IMG/VR virus record: IMGVR_UViG_3300038393_001022
Origin: a virus
Length of the DNA stretch: 44,703 bases
Strand: one strand, 5' to 3'
The notes under the pieces: model-generated
Databases searched by the model: none
The model's input: only the letters and a program-made list of their open reading frames with translations
What the model was told of the DNA's origin: nothing
Shown: piece by piece, positions 1-9,776 of the stretch
Position numbering within the stretch: position 1 is the stretch's first letter
Layout of the letters: every line of letters starts with the position of its first letter
Translations under genes and position numbers: made by a program

Positions 1-127
1 GGCATCACGTTACTTAAGGTATAGCCCTAGGGGGTGGATTAGATGGCACAGTGGCTCGGCAACGACGGAACTAGCGTTGTAGGTTTTGGCTCAGGTAGCA
101 CAAACGGCACACGATTTAAGTGCTTGA
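1..127. repeat. Terminal direct repeat, copy 1 (identical to 44577..44703). Most likely a circular-assembly overlap.
   Basis: Bases 1-127 (ggcatcacgttacttaagg...tttaagtgcttga) recur exactly as the last 127 bases. The repeat covers the stop of CDS 43251..44600 and the first 85 nt of CDS 43..3126. Confidence 0.95.
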
Positions 128-3126
128 CTGACCAAGCCATTACTCAGATTGGTATGAAATTTGGTAACTCCTTTACGAACGTAGTTATCTCCCTATGGGA
201 CATGCCGGGGGGCTCCTCGCCGCTGTTTACGACGACGGTTAATACCGTAACGGGCTGGACCTTCGTAAACTGCGGAACTATTACACTTCAAGCAAATCGT
301 GAGTACGTTATCAGCTACTACCACCCTACCACCACCGTGACCCTGCAAGCTTCTGCGGAGATCGGCAATGTCTGGGTTTCGTCTACTGTCAGTGGCGTTA
401 CCTTCCAGTACGAAGGCGGTAACGACAACAGTGTAGGGAACACCAAGCCTACCAACCCTTCGCACTCCTCTGGGTCAACGTGGACTCCGGCTGTCGGCGT
501 CACCTTCACCCCCAACACCGCCCCCAACGCCCCTACAGGTCTAGGAGTCAGCACAACAGACGGCACTCCCCGGCTCTCGTGGACTTTCACGGACCCGGAC
601 GCCGGGAACACGCAGAGCGCCCGCGAGGTCGAAGTCTGGAACAGCGCCGGGACGGTACTGGTACACGGCTCGGGCAAGCTTGCCTCTGCCAACGCCTACT
701 ATGACATGCCCTCAGGCATCCTCGCCGCTTCGACCACCTACAAGTTCCGGGTGCGGGTGTGGGATCAGGCCGACGCGGTTAGCGCCTACTCGGCTTACCA
801 GTCTTGGACGACCGCCCAACCCTATGCCGCCTCCGGTACGTTCACGATGACGCCTATCGACATCGATCAGGGTGCCACGACGAACCACATGAACAATGGG
901 ACGTTCATGTGGACGGGCACTAAGCCCACCAGCACGAATGTAACGATCGAGTACCAGACGAGCGCCAACGGCACGACGTACGGCTCATGGAGCGCCGCTA
1001 CGGCCCTAGCGCCGGGCATAACGATGTCGATTCCGCCCTGTAAGCGGATCAGGTTCCGCTTTAACCTTTCGACCTCATACAACCTGAGCGCCCCCGCCAT
1101 CGAGAGCGTCGTCGTAACCTACCCGCAGGAGTACGCCTTCGTAGGGTCGTGGACATCCCCGGTCATCGACACATCTACCCTAGGGATCGTGGAGTCTTAC
1201 GGCGGCTCGATGACGCTCAATAAGACGCTCAACGGCGGTCTCGTCTACACTTCCTACCGGACCAGCCCGGATAACTTTACATGGTCCGGATGGACGGACA
1301 CGGCGGGCCCCCTAGGGTGGGCCCGGTATGTGCAGTTCAAGGTTGACATGTACCCGTCGGCTGACTTCACAGGGACCCCTAATGTGGATACCTTCGTCTA
1401 CACTTTCAACCAAAGCTACGAGAACTCCGGCGAGTGGGTGTCGGCGCCGATCAGCCTCAAGCATTTTGAGCCCGCCTCAGGCACCGTGGCGCAGGTCTCG
1501 ACGCTTAATGGCGGCACCGTCCAGCTTTACACCCGCTATCGGAACGATCCGGGCGCCCCGTGGTCGGCATGGGCGCTGACGAGCGGCGCTGTGGCGATGA
1601 CCGGGCTGGAGATGCAGACCAAGGTCGTTCTCACCCGTAACACCCTAGGGAACCAATCCCCTAGTGTGGATAGCACGACGACCACCTACACCGCCAACCG
1701 CAAGCGCGGTGTGTGGACCTCCGAGAGCATCGATGTCTCACAGGCGACGGACAAGACCACAGGTAAGGTATCCAGCGACCTCGTGCTTAACGGCGACGCA
1801 GTACAGACGCAGTTCCAGTACAGCACCAACGGTGGCTCAATCTGGTCCCTGTGGACTGACCCGCTCTCGGACGGCACGATGACGGCCCCGTCGAACACGA
1901 CTCACATTCGAGTCCGACATATCGTCACCGGGCCGAATGCTGAGATTCGCTCGACGACGGTGTACTTCGACGGGCTCCCGACCGTCACCGTCCTAGGGAA
2001 CAGCTTCCAGCCGAACGCGGTCTACGACTTCACCCAGCTTCGTGAGATCGTAATGATCTGCAACGGCAAGGACAACCCGCAGAAGTGGGACGGCACGAAC
2101 CCGATGACTACCCTAGGGGGCGGCCCCCCGGCGTTCCAGATGATGGAGACTCACCTTAACCGGGCGTGGGGCGCAGGCGACCCGGCTAACCCCTCCCGTA
2201 TTCGGTTCTCCGACATACTGAATCCGGAGTCGTGGCCCGCTCTTAACTTCATCGACTTCAACCCTGAGGACGGCGACCGCATCACGGCGCTCTACCGCTA
2301 TGGTCAGCAGTTGATCGTCTCCAAGCAGAAGTCGATGGCGCTCCTGACGGGCGACCGCTCGGCTAACTTCGCTGTGGTGTGGCTCGACCATCCCCAAGGA
2401 GTCGAAGGCTTCCAAGGGATTCAGACCGCCGACAAGTACCTCGCCTACATCGCTCGAGACGGCATCCGGTTCTCGGACCTTACCAAGTCGATCCTCGCTA
2501 CGGAGAAGCTGAAGCCCTCGTGGGAGTTGCTCAACCACCGCCGACTCTCACAGGCGACGATGATCTCGACGGGCAACTACTTGCTGTGCGCTCTCCCTAG
2601 TGCAGGCTCCCTAGTGAACGATCAGGTGTGGTTCTTCGACATCCTCCGGGCGGCATGGTCCATCATCCCGAATTGGAATATCTCCTCGTGGCTGAAGTTC
2701 CGGCAGTACGGGGAGGAGGTTCTGCTCGCGGGGGACTCGACGAAGGGCCAAATCTACGAGGTTTTCACCGGAACGACGGACGCCAACGGCGCCTACATGA
2801 CCTACGATTTCCAGACTAAGGATTTCGACGCTGACTACCCGGAGCGGTACAAGGTCTTGCGGGATTGCGTCTTGATCGTAGGCGGTGTCACCGAGGAGTC
2901 CGTCCTCACTGTGACCTTCGTTGTGGATGGTGTGGAGTATCCTGTGGATACCGCAGATACGACCATTCCGGCAGGCGCCGGGGCCATCCACTCGATTCGG
3001 CTGATTCCCCCGGTCTACGGGGCGGTACTCGGTCAGCAGGTGTCGATCCGGCTTCACGGACGCAACCACATCCACGCGCTCGCCCTAGGGGTCATCATCC
3101 GGGGCGTCGTACCGGGGGTCAGCTAA
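43..3126 (+). CDS. Large tail (nozzle/fibre-like) protein, 1027 aa: N-terminal DUF4082-like domain, FN3-like modules, C-terminal beta-propeller-like region
   Basis: Long ORF with an SD-like GGGGGTGG upstream of the ATG. The N-terminus (GTRFKCL...ISLWD...GWTFVNCG...YVISYY) resembles DUF4082. APNAPTGL...YKFRVRVWD is FN3-like. The position after the tail genes fits a T7 gp12-like slot. Function is inferred from position and composition. Confidence 0.6.
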   Translation: MAQWLGNDGTSVVGFGSGSTNGTRFKCLTDQAITQIGMKFGNSFTNVVISLWDMPGGSSPLFTTTVNTVTGWTFVNCGTITLQANREYVISYYHPTTTVTLQASAEIGNVWVSSTVSGVTFQYEGGNDNSVGNTKPTNPSHSSGSTWTPAVGVTFTPNTAPNAPTGLGVSTTDGTPRLSWTFTDPDAGNTQSAREVEVWNSAGTVLVHGSGKLASANAYYDMPSGILAASTTYKFRVRVWDQADAVSAYSAYQSWTTAQPYAASGTFTMTPIDIDQGATTNHMNNGTFMWTGTKPTSTNVTIEYQTSANGTTYGSWSAATALAPGITMSIPPCKRIRFRFNLSTSYNLSAPAIESVVVTYPQEYAFVGSWTSPVIDTSTLGIVESYGGSMTLNKTLNGGLVYTSYRTSPDNFTWSGWTDTAGPLGWARYVQFKVDMYPSADFTGTPNVDTFVYTFNQSYENSGEWVSAPISLKHFEPASGTVAQVSTLNGGTVQLYTRYRNDPGAPWSAWALTSGAVAMTGLEMQTKVVLTRNTLGNQSPSVDSTTTTYTANRKRGVWTSESIDVSQATDKTTGKVSSDLVLNGDAVQTQFQYSTNGGSIWSLWTDPLSDGTMTAPSNTTHIRVRHIVTGPNAEIRSTTVYFDGLPTVTVLGNSFQPNAVYDFTQLREIVMICNGKDNPQKWDGTNPMTTLGGGPPAFQMMETHLNRAWGAGDPANPSRIRFSDILNPESWPALNFIDFNPEDGDRITALYRYGQQLIVSKQKSMALLTGDRSANFAVVWLDHPQGVEGFQGIQTADKYLAYIARDGIRFSDLTKSILATEKLKPSWELLNHRRLSQATMISTGNYLLCALPSAGSLVNDQVWFFDILRAAWSIIPNWNISSWLKFRQYGEEVLLAGDSTKGQIYEVFTGTTDANGAYMTYDFQTKDFDADYPERYKVLRDCVLIVGGVTEESVLTVTFVVDGVEYPVDTADTTIPAGAGAIHSIRLIPPVYGAVLGQQVSIRLHGRNHIHALALGVIIRGVVPGVS

Positions 3127-3671
3127 TGGGCAACTATCAGCCGGGCAAGATGCCCGAAGGGAAGTTCATCGATCCGAAGTGGCTGAACCGGGAACTTCTC
3201 AAGGTGCAGACCGGGCTCAACTTCCTCGACGAGCGCAACTTCCCGAACAAGCTTGCCGCCTCCGACGTCATCGGTGATGGCACGGTCAAGTTAAACCACA
3301 CGAGCGGCTCGGGCGAGTTTCGGATTCCGATTCTCGCCCTTGCTACAGCCGCCTCAATCACGGCTACCACGCTGACGTCTCTAGGAGGCTTTGCCAACTT
3401 CGACCCCGCCCGTTGGGCGGGTGTCCCTATGTCTAACATCTACCTCGAACTGACCGCAGGCCCCGGCCTTGCATCTAGCCCCCTTACCGTAGAAATCTGG
3501 GGTACGGCAGGGGCTCTTGCCAGCACCACCCTTTCTACGGTAGGATTGACATATAGCGCAGTTCCGTTTACTAGTCTGCCTGCCTCTTCGCAGGCTCTCA
3601 CCCTGAAGGCGAAGGTGGGCTCTACCACAGCGGGGAGCATCATTACCGCCAGCATCCTCATTCGACCCTAG
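3126..3671 (+). CDS. Virion-associated protein, 181 aa (small internal-virion-protein position)
   Basis: Track ORF 2865..3671 trimmed to the ATG that overlaps the upstream stop (TAATG). The codon pattern is GC3-rich. No motif recognised. Confidence 0.55.
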   Translation: MGNYQPGKMPEGKFIDPKWLNRELLKVQTGLNFLDERNFPNKLAASDVIGDGTVKLNHTSGSGEFRIPILALATAASITATTLTSLGGFANFDPARWAGVPMSNIYLELTAGPGLASSPLTVEIWGTAGALASTTLSTVGLTYSAVPFTSLPASSQALTLKAKVGSTTAGSIITASILIRP

Positions 3672-3684
3672 GGAGGGATCGCAG

Positions 3685-5589
3685 ATGCCTGTTTCCGTTC
3701 CTAAGGGGCCTACGGCTGAAGGTCAGGCGCCTAAGGGTCCTACCGCTCCGACTTCTGCACCCGCATCTACGGTTTCGGGCGGGGCTGACTGGAAGGCCTT
3801 GATCCCGCCGCCCCCGAAGCTTGCTCAGGGCATTAACGGCCCGGCACCCACCGCACCGACCGCCGCGCCCGCCGCAGGTCCGACCGCTCCGGGTGGCGGA
3901 AGCATCCTCGCCCCTGTGGCTAACTTCCTGCAAAACCTCGCTACCGGGGTCAAGACAGGCACCCCGACCAAGGAAGGCGCCCAGCTTGTCAACGGGGCTC
4001 TCGGCGCCCTAGGGGGTCTCGGTACGGCCCTTGCCACCCCCGGCTCTGTGGCGCAGAAGGCCGCCACCGGAATCAACACTGGGACCAACATCGCGCAGGC
4101 CGCTGGGCAGGCCATCCAGACCGCCCAGAACAACCCGCAGGCGCAGACGCAGGCCCCAGACCTTAATTCGATGATGACGAACATCATGGGTACGATTACC
4201 CAGATGTATCAACAGGCCGGGAATGACGCCGGAACGCAAGCCATGATCTCAAGCTGGATGGGCAACATGAGCGCCCAGATCAGCCAGCTTGAGTCTCAGA
4301 TCATGAAGCAGATTCAGGACAAGACGGGCGCCAACGACACCGCCTTGCAGGCCGCCCTAGGGGAACTTCGGACGCAGTTCGACGAGTCCCGTAAGTCGAT
4401 CATCGAGGACATGGCGGCTCGCGGTGTGGCTCAGTCCGGCATTCAGCTTGAGATGGACGCCCGGCTCCAGAAGGGTATGCTCTCGGAGTCGCAGAAGATG
4501 ATCGCTTCTCGACTCGACGAGATGCAGAACCTTATGATGTCTGCGATGATGCAGTTCGCCAACATGCGTATGCAGGCGCAGAACCAAGGGCTCAATCTTC
4601 AGGTACAGTCCAGCATGGCGGCGCAACAACGAACGATGCAGGCCGCTCAGACGGGCATCGGTGCGATGCTGAATTATGCCGGGATGCTGAACTCGAATCA
4701 GCAGGCCGGGCTCGACCGGGACCTTAGTAAGTGGCTCCAGCAGAACTCCCAGCAGTTCCAGACGGGCCAGCAGAACAACGCCTTCGCTCACGACGAGAAG
4801 ATGGCGGGCATCAACTTCAACAACCAGCAGACCCTTCAGACCAACAACCAAGAGTTCCAGAAGGGTATGCAAACCGCAGGCTTCGCGCAGGACGAGAAGA
4901 TGGCGGGCATAGCCCATCAGTACAACCTCGACCTGAACGCCGTGCAGAACGCCCAACAGCAGGCCCTACAGGCCGCTGGGTTTACCCACGACGAGAAGAT
5001 GGCGGGGATCAACTACGGCAACCAACTCAGCCTTCAGAACAACGCTTACGGGCATCAGCAGGAACTCGCCGCCCAAGGGTGGAGCCACGACCTACAGATG
5101 GCGGGGATCAATCAGGCCAACAACATGGCGCTCCAGAACGACGCACAGGCCCACGATGTGGCGATGAAGCAACAGGCGCAGGGCGCCTCGGACCTAACCC
5201 GGCTGAATCAGCATGTCATGGAAAAGTACCTGCCGATGATCTCCTCCGGTCAGCTTACGCCTCAGGCGGCCCTTAGCAAGCTGAACGACGAGATGAACGC
5301 GGCGGCGGCGGCTGGGTTCCCGTGGTCCGACCAGCACAAGGCTTACGCTACGACCCTAATCAACTCGTACGCAGGGTTCCAAGGTAAGGGTGGGGCTGGA
5401 ACCGCTGGGGCTAACGCCTTCCCGGCGGGGGCTACCCTAGGTAGTTCCTTCGGGACGATGGCGGCGAACGCCTTCAAGTCCCAGACCGTCAACAACCCGT
5501 TCTCTGGAGCGTACTGGCTGAATACCGCCCTCGACGCCGCCAACTACATCAAGAACATCCCGATCGGCCCGAAGGCCCCCACTCAGTAA
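3685..5589 (+). CDS. Q/N/M-rich internal virion (ejection)-like protein, 634 aa, with four 33-aa tandem repeats
   Basis: SD GGGAGGG lies inside CCCTAGGGAGGG, 7 nt before the ATG. The N-terminus is Ala/Pro-rich and the body is Gln/Asn/Met-rich. The repeat core is (F/W)xHDEKMAGI. The position matches the T7 gp15 slot. Confidence 0.55.
   Translation: MPVSVPKGPTAEGQAPKGPTAPTSAPASTVSGGADWKALIPPPPKLAQGINGPAPTAPTAAPAAGPTAPGGGSILAPVANFLQNLATGVKTGTPTKEGAQLVNGALGALGGLGTALATPGSVAQKAATGINTGTNIAQAAGQAIQTAQNNPQAQTQAPDLNSMMTNIMGTITQMYQQAGNDAGTQAMISSWMGNMSAQISQLESQIMKQIQDKTGANDTALQAALGELRTQFDESRKSIIEDMAARGVAQSGIQLEMDARLQKGMLSESQKMIASRLDEMQNLMMSAMMQFANMRMQAQNQGLNLQVQSSMAAQQRTMQAAQTGIGAMLNYAGMLNSNQQAGLDRDLSKWLQQNSQQFQTGQQNNAFAHDEKMAGINFNNQQTLQTNNQEFQKGMQTAGFAQDEKMAGIAHQYNLDLNAVQNAQQQALQAAGFTHDEKMAGINYGNQLSLQNNAYGHQQELAAQGWSHDLQMAGINQANNMALQNDAQAHDVAMKQQAQGASDLTRLNQHVMEKYLPMISSGQLTPQAALSKLNDEMNAAAAAGFPWSDQHKAYATTLINSYAGFQGKGGAGTAGANAFPAGATLGSSFGTMAANAFKSQTVNNPFSGAYWLNTALDAANYIKNIPIGPKAPTQ
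4770..5165 (+). repeat. Four in-frame tandem repeats with a 99-bp period inside CDS 3685..5589
   Basis: The core gacgagaagatggcggg starts at 4792, 4891 and 4990. A degenerate copy (gacctacagatggcgggg) starts at 5089. Spacing is exactly 99 nt. Confidence 0.85.
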
Positions 5590-5610
5590 CCACACTAGGG
5601 AGGGATTCAC

Positions 5611-8600
5611 ATGGCCTACGACTGGAGGAAGCCGTACCAGACGCCCTCCCTAGGGCCTTCGGCCCCGCAGAGCGACATCTTCATCCCCGACATCCCTGAC
5701 TTCTCGAAGGGGATGTCGGCCCCTGTCATGCCCGCCTCGACCACCTTCGGCGGCGAGCGCATGTTCATTCCGGGCAAGTATCTCAGCCCGTACACCGCCG
5801 GGCAGGGTAGCCCTGACGACTTCGTGCCGCCGGAGAACAACCCCGGCGGCGCTGTCGCAAATGAGCAGATGCGGCTCGCCGGGATGGGGGCGCCTATCCC
5901 CGAGCGGGAGAAGCCCTCCAGCTTTCTGACCGGGGTTATGAAGGTGCTGGACTTTGTGGATTCCCACACCCGAGCCCCTGTGGTTACAGCGGCTGACGAA
6001 CTCCTGCAAGGCAAGGACCTAACAGGCGCCGTAGGGGAGGCCGGAAAGGTCTTCATGGGCGACCGGAAGGGTGTGCAGGGCTCCGAGATGATGGGGCACC
6101 TAGGGATTGAAAACCCCTACGCTAAGGCGATCGGCGGCTTCATCACTGACGTCGCCCTCGACCCGACCACTTATATCTCCTTCGGTGCTGGCGGTGTGGC
6201 GAAGACCCTAGGGAAGGAAGTCGGCGAGAAGGCCCTGCTTGAGGCCACGGAGCGCATGGTCAAGGCCGGGGCGCTGGAGGCGGGCGGCACGATCGGGCGT
6301 GAGGCGCTTGGTGAGTACCTGCTCCAATCTCGCCGGGCCCTTGCCGAGGCGACCCCGGTCCTCGAAGAGACCCTAGGGAAGGCCGCCAACAAGGTCAACC
6401 GCTCGCTGTCCGGCTACTTCGGGGCGGGCGGTGCTGATGCTGTCCGGGAGATGGGTCTCGAGGACACACTCAAGGGCATCCAATCCAAGCTGAAGCAAGA
6501 CGTCCCGATGGCGGCGCAGGCATGGAACGGTGTCGATGAAGAGACCAAGATTCAAGAACTCCTAGGGAGGATGTTCGGCGCCCCCGGAGCGACCTTTGAG
6601 GCCAAGGAAGTTGACGCGATCCGCAAGCTGGACTACACCCAGCGGGCGACCATCGAAACCCTAGTGGACACCTTCGGGAGCAAGATCAGCTTCGAAGGCT
6701 ACGTTAAGGCCGGGCAAGCCTTCGGCTCGACCACAGCCAAGGGCGAACTCAAGGGTGTTCGCAAGATCGGCAACTTCCTGAAGAAGTCCTACGGGACAGA
6801 GATCGAAGCCGCTAAGGCCATCGAGGACGCCAAGGCGCCCATCGCCGAGGCGCAGAAGCTAATTGCCATCGCTGATAAGGGCTCCCTGTGGTTCAAGGTG
6901 GGCGTGCCCTTTACGGACAAGACCCTCGACCTCGTGGAATTGACCCCGGTCAAGCAGTTCACCGGGCGAGTCCTCCAGCGGGCCTACAACGCCAGCCCGA
7001 TCATCCAGTCTGTGGTTGACTGGGCAGGCGAATCGTTTGTGACCAAGTACCTCCGGCAGTACACAAAGCTGGCGGGTCCGGCTGTTCGTAGCGAACTCGA
7101 AGAGGCCGCCAGCCTTGCCTATAACTACGGGCGTGCTCAGAAGTCCACCCTAGGGATTGCCGCTAAGGAGACGATCGGCGGCCTCGATACCGCCGACATC
7201 GCCCGGACTATCGGCGATGATGTGTTCGAGAAGGCTATGGCGGCTGTGGACCCCACCATCCTTCACGACTTACAGATCAAGACGACCGACGACATCGCCG
7301 CCCGGCTGGCCCTAGGGCCGGACATCGCCGCCAATAAGAAGATCATGCAGGCGGTTCCCTACTTCCTAGAGCGCGGCATCGAAGACGGCGGTGACGAGGC
7401 CTTAGGGATCGCCTCTCATGCCGCCGACAAGTGGGAGAAGGTTGCCGCCACCCTCACGATGCAGGAACTTGAGCAGGTGCAGGAGGTAGCCACCAAGGCC
7501 ACCCTTCTTCACGAGATCGAGAAGCAAATCGACCTCAAGATTCTCGCCGGGACGCTGGACGACCCTAAGGCCATCGAGAAGATTCTCGAGGACCGCTACA
7601 AAGCCCTAGGGAATGAGTACGTCCACCACATGTACATGCCCGCCGAGGACGCCAAGCGGCGCACGATCGAACTGATGACGAGCGAACAGCGTGTTCGGGT
7701 CCGTACGGCGAACACCCACGGCGCCATGAACAACCGCAAGATCGCCTCCCTCGCACAGGCCGAGGCCCTAGGGCTAAAGCCCGTCAACGACTTCGCCGTG
7801 CTGACGGCGGCCCGCCTGTCGTACTCTCGCCGGGCGATGCTGGCGAACCAGTTGATTGACGATCTGAAGTCCCTAGGGGAGATCGTCGCCACCGGGCGCC
7901 CGAAGTCGAGCGAGTTCGTTGAACTCACCAAGGCCTTCGAGGGCATGGACGCCCGGCTGATGGGGCCGATCGTGGCCCGGCTTCAGGGCTACTACGCCCA
8001 CCCGGAGGTTGTCCGGCACCTCCAGCAACTCGACCACCTGATGTTCAACGACGCCGCGATGAACAAGGCGCTCTCGTGGGCTCACCAAGTCACGAACTAT
8101 ATCAAAGGCGCTCAGACCTTCTCCCTCTCGTTCACCATGCGTAACGTCATGGGCGAAGGTTTCATGGCCTTTGTGGGCGGTGTCAAGCCCGCTACCGTAG
8201 GCGAGGCCTTTAAGGCTCTGCGGGGTGTGGAGCAGGAGGTCATCGTAGGCGGTCGCAAGTTCCTCGTAAAGGACGAGTTGACCGAGTTCGGTAAACTGGG
8301 TGGGTGGTTCGCCGGGCGGTCTCGGGGTAACTTCGTGCAGGGCGCCCAAGAGATCATCCAGAAGGAAATCAAGATTGCCACAAAGAAGTCCTTAGGAAAC
8401 CCCTTCCTCAACATCAACGACTTCAACGATCGTCTGTGGCGCTTCGCCCACTACCTAGAGGAGCGGGGCAAGGGGATGGGGGTCCGGGACGCCGTGGCGG
8501 CTGTCCGGCGCTACCACGTTGACTATGACGACCTGACCAAGATGGAGCGGAGCCTAGGGCGGTTCATTATCCCGTTCTACACCTACATGCGGAAGAACCT

Positions 8601-9267
8601 ACCCAACGCCCTCCGCATGACTTTAGAGCAACCCTTCGCCTACTCGATGGTAGGGCACCTCGTCAACAACGCCTACAGCGCCCTAGGGAATCCGGACACC
8701 TCCGACTACCTCAAGGAGCAACTGGCCCTCCCGATCTTCCGCAAGGCCAACGGTGATGTCGTTCTGCTGAACTGGAACCTGCCGATCGTGGACCTCGCCC
8801 GGATCAAGAACCCTCTCTCCAAGGAGGGCGCCCTCGATGCGCTGGCGATGGTGAACCCGATGATGTCGGTTCCGGTCCAGCTTGCCACGAACACCAACTT
8901 CGCCACAGGGCGCTCGATCGCCCACTACCCTAGTGACCTAGGGAGGCGGGCCGATTTCCTGCTCGACCAGTTCGGCTCTGTGGCTCGGGCGGGTACTGAT
9001 ACCTCCTACTTCCAAGAACTCGCCAACATGGACCAGAACGGCCTTAACCGACCGGATCAACTCCCGCTGACGCTCAACTCAGCCCTCCCCGTCCAGCGCC
9101 CGGCGGCGGTCTACACCGCCAACCAGTACAAGTACCGTGACCAGCTTCAGGACGAGATTGCCCAGCTTCAAGCCCAAGGGGAGATCGTTCCCACCCTAGG
9201 GATGCTCAAGAAGGGCTTCTCGCAGGGCGACTTCATCCCGGACTTCTGGTATCCGGGCAAGCCGTAG
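5611..9267 (+). CDS. Very large virion protein, 1218 aa (candidate internal core / DNA-ejection protein, T7 gp16-like position)
   Basis: SD GGGAGGG precedes the ATG. It is the longest ORF in the genome and lies just before the lysis cassette. I recognise no catalytic motif. Confidence 0.5.
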   Translation: MAYDWRKPYQTPSLGPSAPQSDIFIPDIPDFSKGMSAPVMPASTTFGGERMFIPGKYLSPYTAGQGSPDDFVPPENNPGGAVANEQMRLAGMGAPIPEREKPSSFLTGVMKVLDFVDSHTRAPVVTAADELLQGKDLTGAVGEAGKVFMGDRKGVQGSEMMGHLGIENPYAKAIGGFITDVALDPTTYISFGAGGVAKTLGKEVGEKALLEATERMVKAGALEAGGTIGREALGEYLLQSRRALAEATPVLEETLGKAANKVNRSLSGYFGAGGADAVREMGLEDTLKGIQSKLKQDVPMAAQAWNGVDEETKIQELLGRMFGAPGATFEAKEVDAIRKLDYTQRATIETLVDTFGSKISFEGYVKAGQAFGSTTAKGELKGVRKIGNFLKKSYGTEIEAAKAIEDAKAPIAEAQKLIAIADKGSLWFKVGVPFTDKTLDLVELTPVKQFTGRVLQRAYNASPIIQSVVDWAGESFVTKYLRQYTKLAGPAVRSELEEAASLAYNYGRAQKSTLGIAAKETIGGLDTADIARTIGDDVFEKAMAAVDPTILHDLQIKTTDDIAARLALGPDIAANKKIMQAVPYFLERGIEDGGDEALGIASHAADKWEKVAATLTMQELEQVQEVATKATLLHEIEKQIDLKILAGTLDDPKAIEKILEDRYKALGNEYVHHMYMPAEDAKRRTIELMTSEQRVRVRTANTHGAMNNRKIASLAQAEALGLKPVNDFAVLTAARLSYSRRAMLANQLIDDLKSLGEIVATGRPKSSEFVELTKAFEGMDARLMGPIVARLQGYYAHPEVVRHLQQLDHLMFNDAAMNKALSWAHQVTNYIKGAQTFSLSFTMRNVMGEGFMAFVGGVKPATVGEAFKALRGVEQEVIVGGRKFLVKDELTEFGKLGGWFAGRSRGNFVQGAQEIIQKEIKIATKKSLGNPFLNINDFNDRLWRFAHYLEERGKGMGVRDAVAAVRRYHVDYDDLTKMERSLGRFIIPFYTYMRKNLPNALRMTLEQPFAYSMVGHLVNNAYSALGNPDTSDYLKEQLALPIFRKANGDVVLLNWNLPIVDLARIKNPLSKEGALDALAMVNPMMSVPVQLATNTNFATGRSIAHYPSDLGRRADFLLDQFGSVARAGTDTSYFQELANMDQNGLNRPDQLPLTLNSALPVQRPAAVYTANQYKYRDQLQDEIAQLQAQGEIVPTLGMLKKGFSQGDFIPDFWYPGKP

Positions 9268-9280
9268 GAGGTGCAGGATC

Positions 9281-9550
9281 GTGGCAGACTTCCCTTCCCT
9301 AGGGGAACTTACCCTAGGGGGTATCTCAATCGTGTGCATCGCGGCTGTGGCTGTGGCGCTGGTAAAGCGCGAGAAGCCGAAGGAGGGTGGCAACCCCTCC
9401 CTCAGCCTCGACCAAGCAATCGAGGTCATTAAGGCCAACACCGAGATTAACACCCGCCTCGTGTCGGCGATCGAACAGCAGACCCGGATCATCAACGACC
9501 TCGCCTATGCGGTCCATAAGCTGGTAGGCCATATCGAGGGAGGCAAGTAA
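9281..9550 (+). CDS. Small membrane protein, 89 aa (lysis-cassette member, holin/antiholin-like)
   Basis: GTG start 8 nt after GGAGGTG. One N-terminal hydrophobic helix (LGGISIVCIAAVAVALV). It is immediately upstream of the holin-like gene and the endolysin. Confidence 0.55.
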   Translation: MADFPSLGELTLGGISIVCIAAVAVALVKREKPKEGGNPSLSLDQAIEVIKANTEINTRLVSAIEQQTRIINDLAYAVHKLVGHIEGGK

Positions 9551-9551
9551 G

Positions 9552-9776
9552 ATGCAGAGCAAGTACGGCTCCCGCAAGTTCCTGCTGGCTGTGGGCATGG
9601 CAGTCGTGGCGATCGTCAACGCGATCCTTGAGGCCAACGGCCTCCACACGATCCCCGCCGGGACTATGGATCAGGTCTTTAACATCATCCTCGTTTACCT
9701 AGGGGTCGAAGGTGCAACCGACGCCATCAACGCCTTCAAGGGCGGGACCATCCCGCCGAAGGGGGGCGACCACTAG
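9552..9776 (+). CDS. Holin-like protein, 74 aa, two predicted TM helices
   Basis: SD GGGAGG precedes the ATG. Hydrophobic segments are FLLAVGMAVVAIVNAIL and VFNIILVYLGV. Its stop overlaps the endolysin start (TAGTG). Confidence 0.6.
   Translation: MQSKYGSRKFLLAVGMAVVAIVNAILEANGLHTIPAGTMDQVFNIILVYLGVEGATDAINAFKGGTIPPKGGDH

Noticed and set aside
1-127. The 127-bp terminal repeat interpreted as a genuine phage direct terminal repeat or cos region.
   Set aside because: It lies within coding sequence and has no terminal-repeat features. Its length matches a common assembler k-mer. I interpret it as a circularisation overlap, pending read-terminus analysis.
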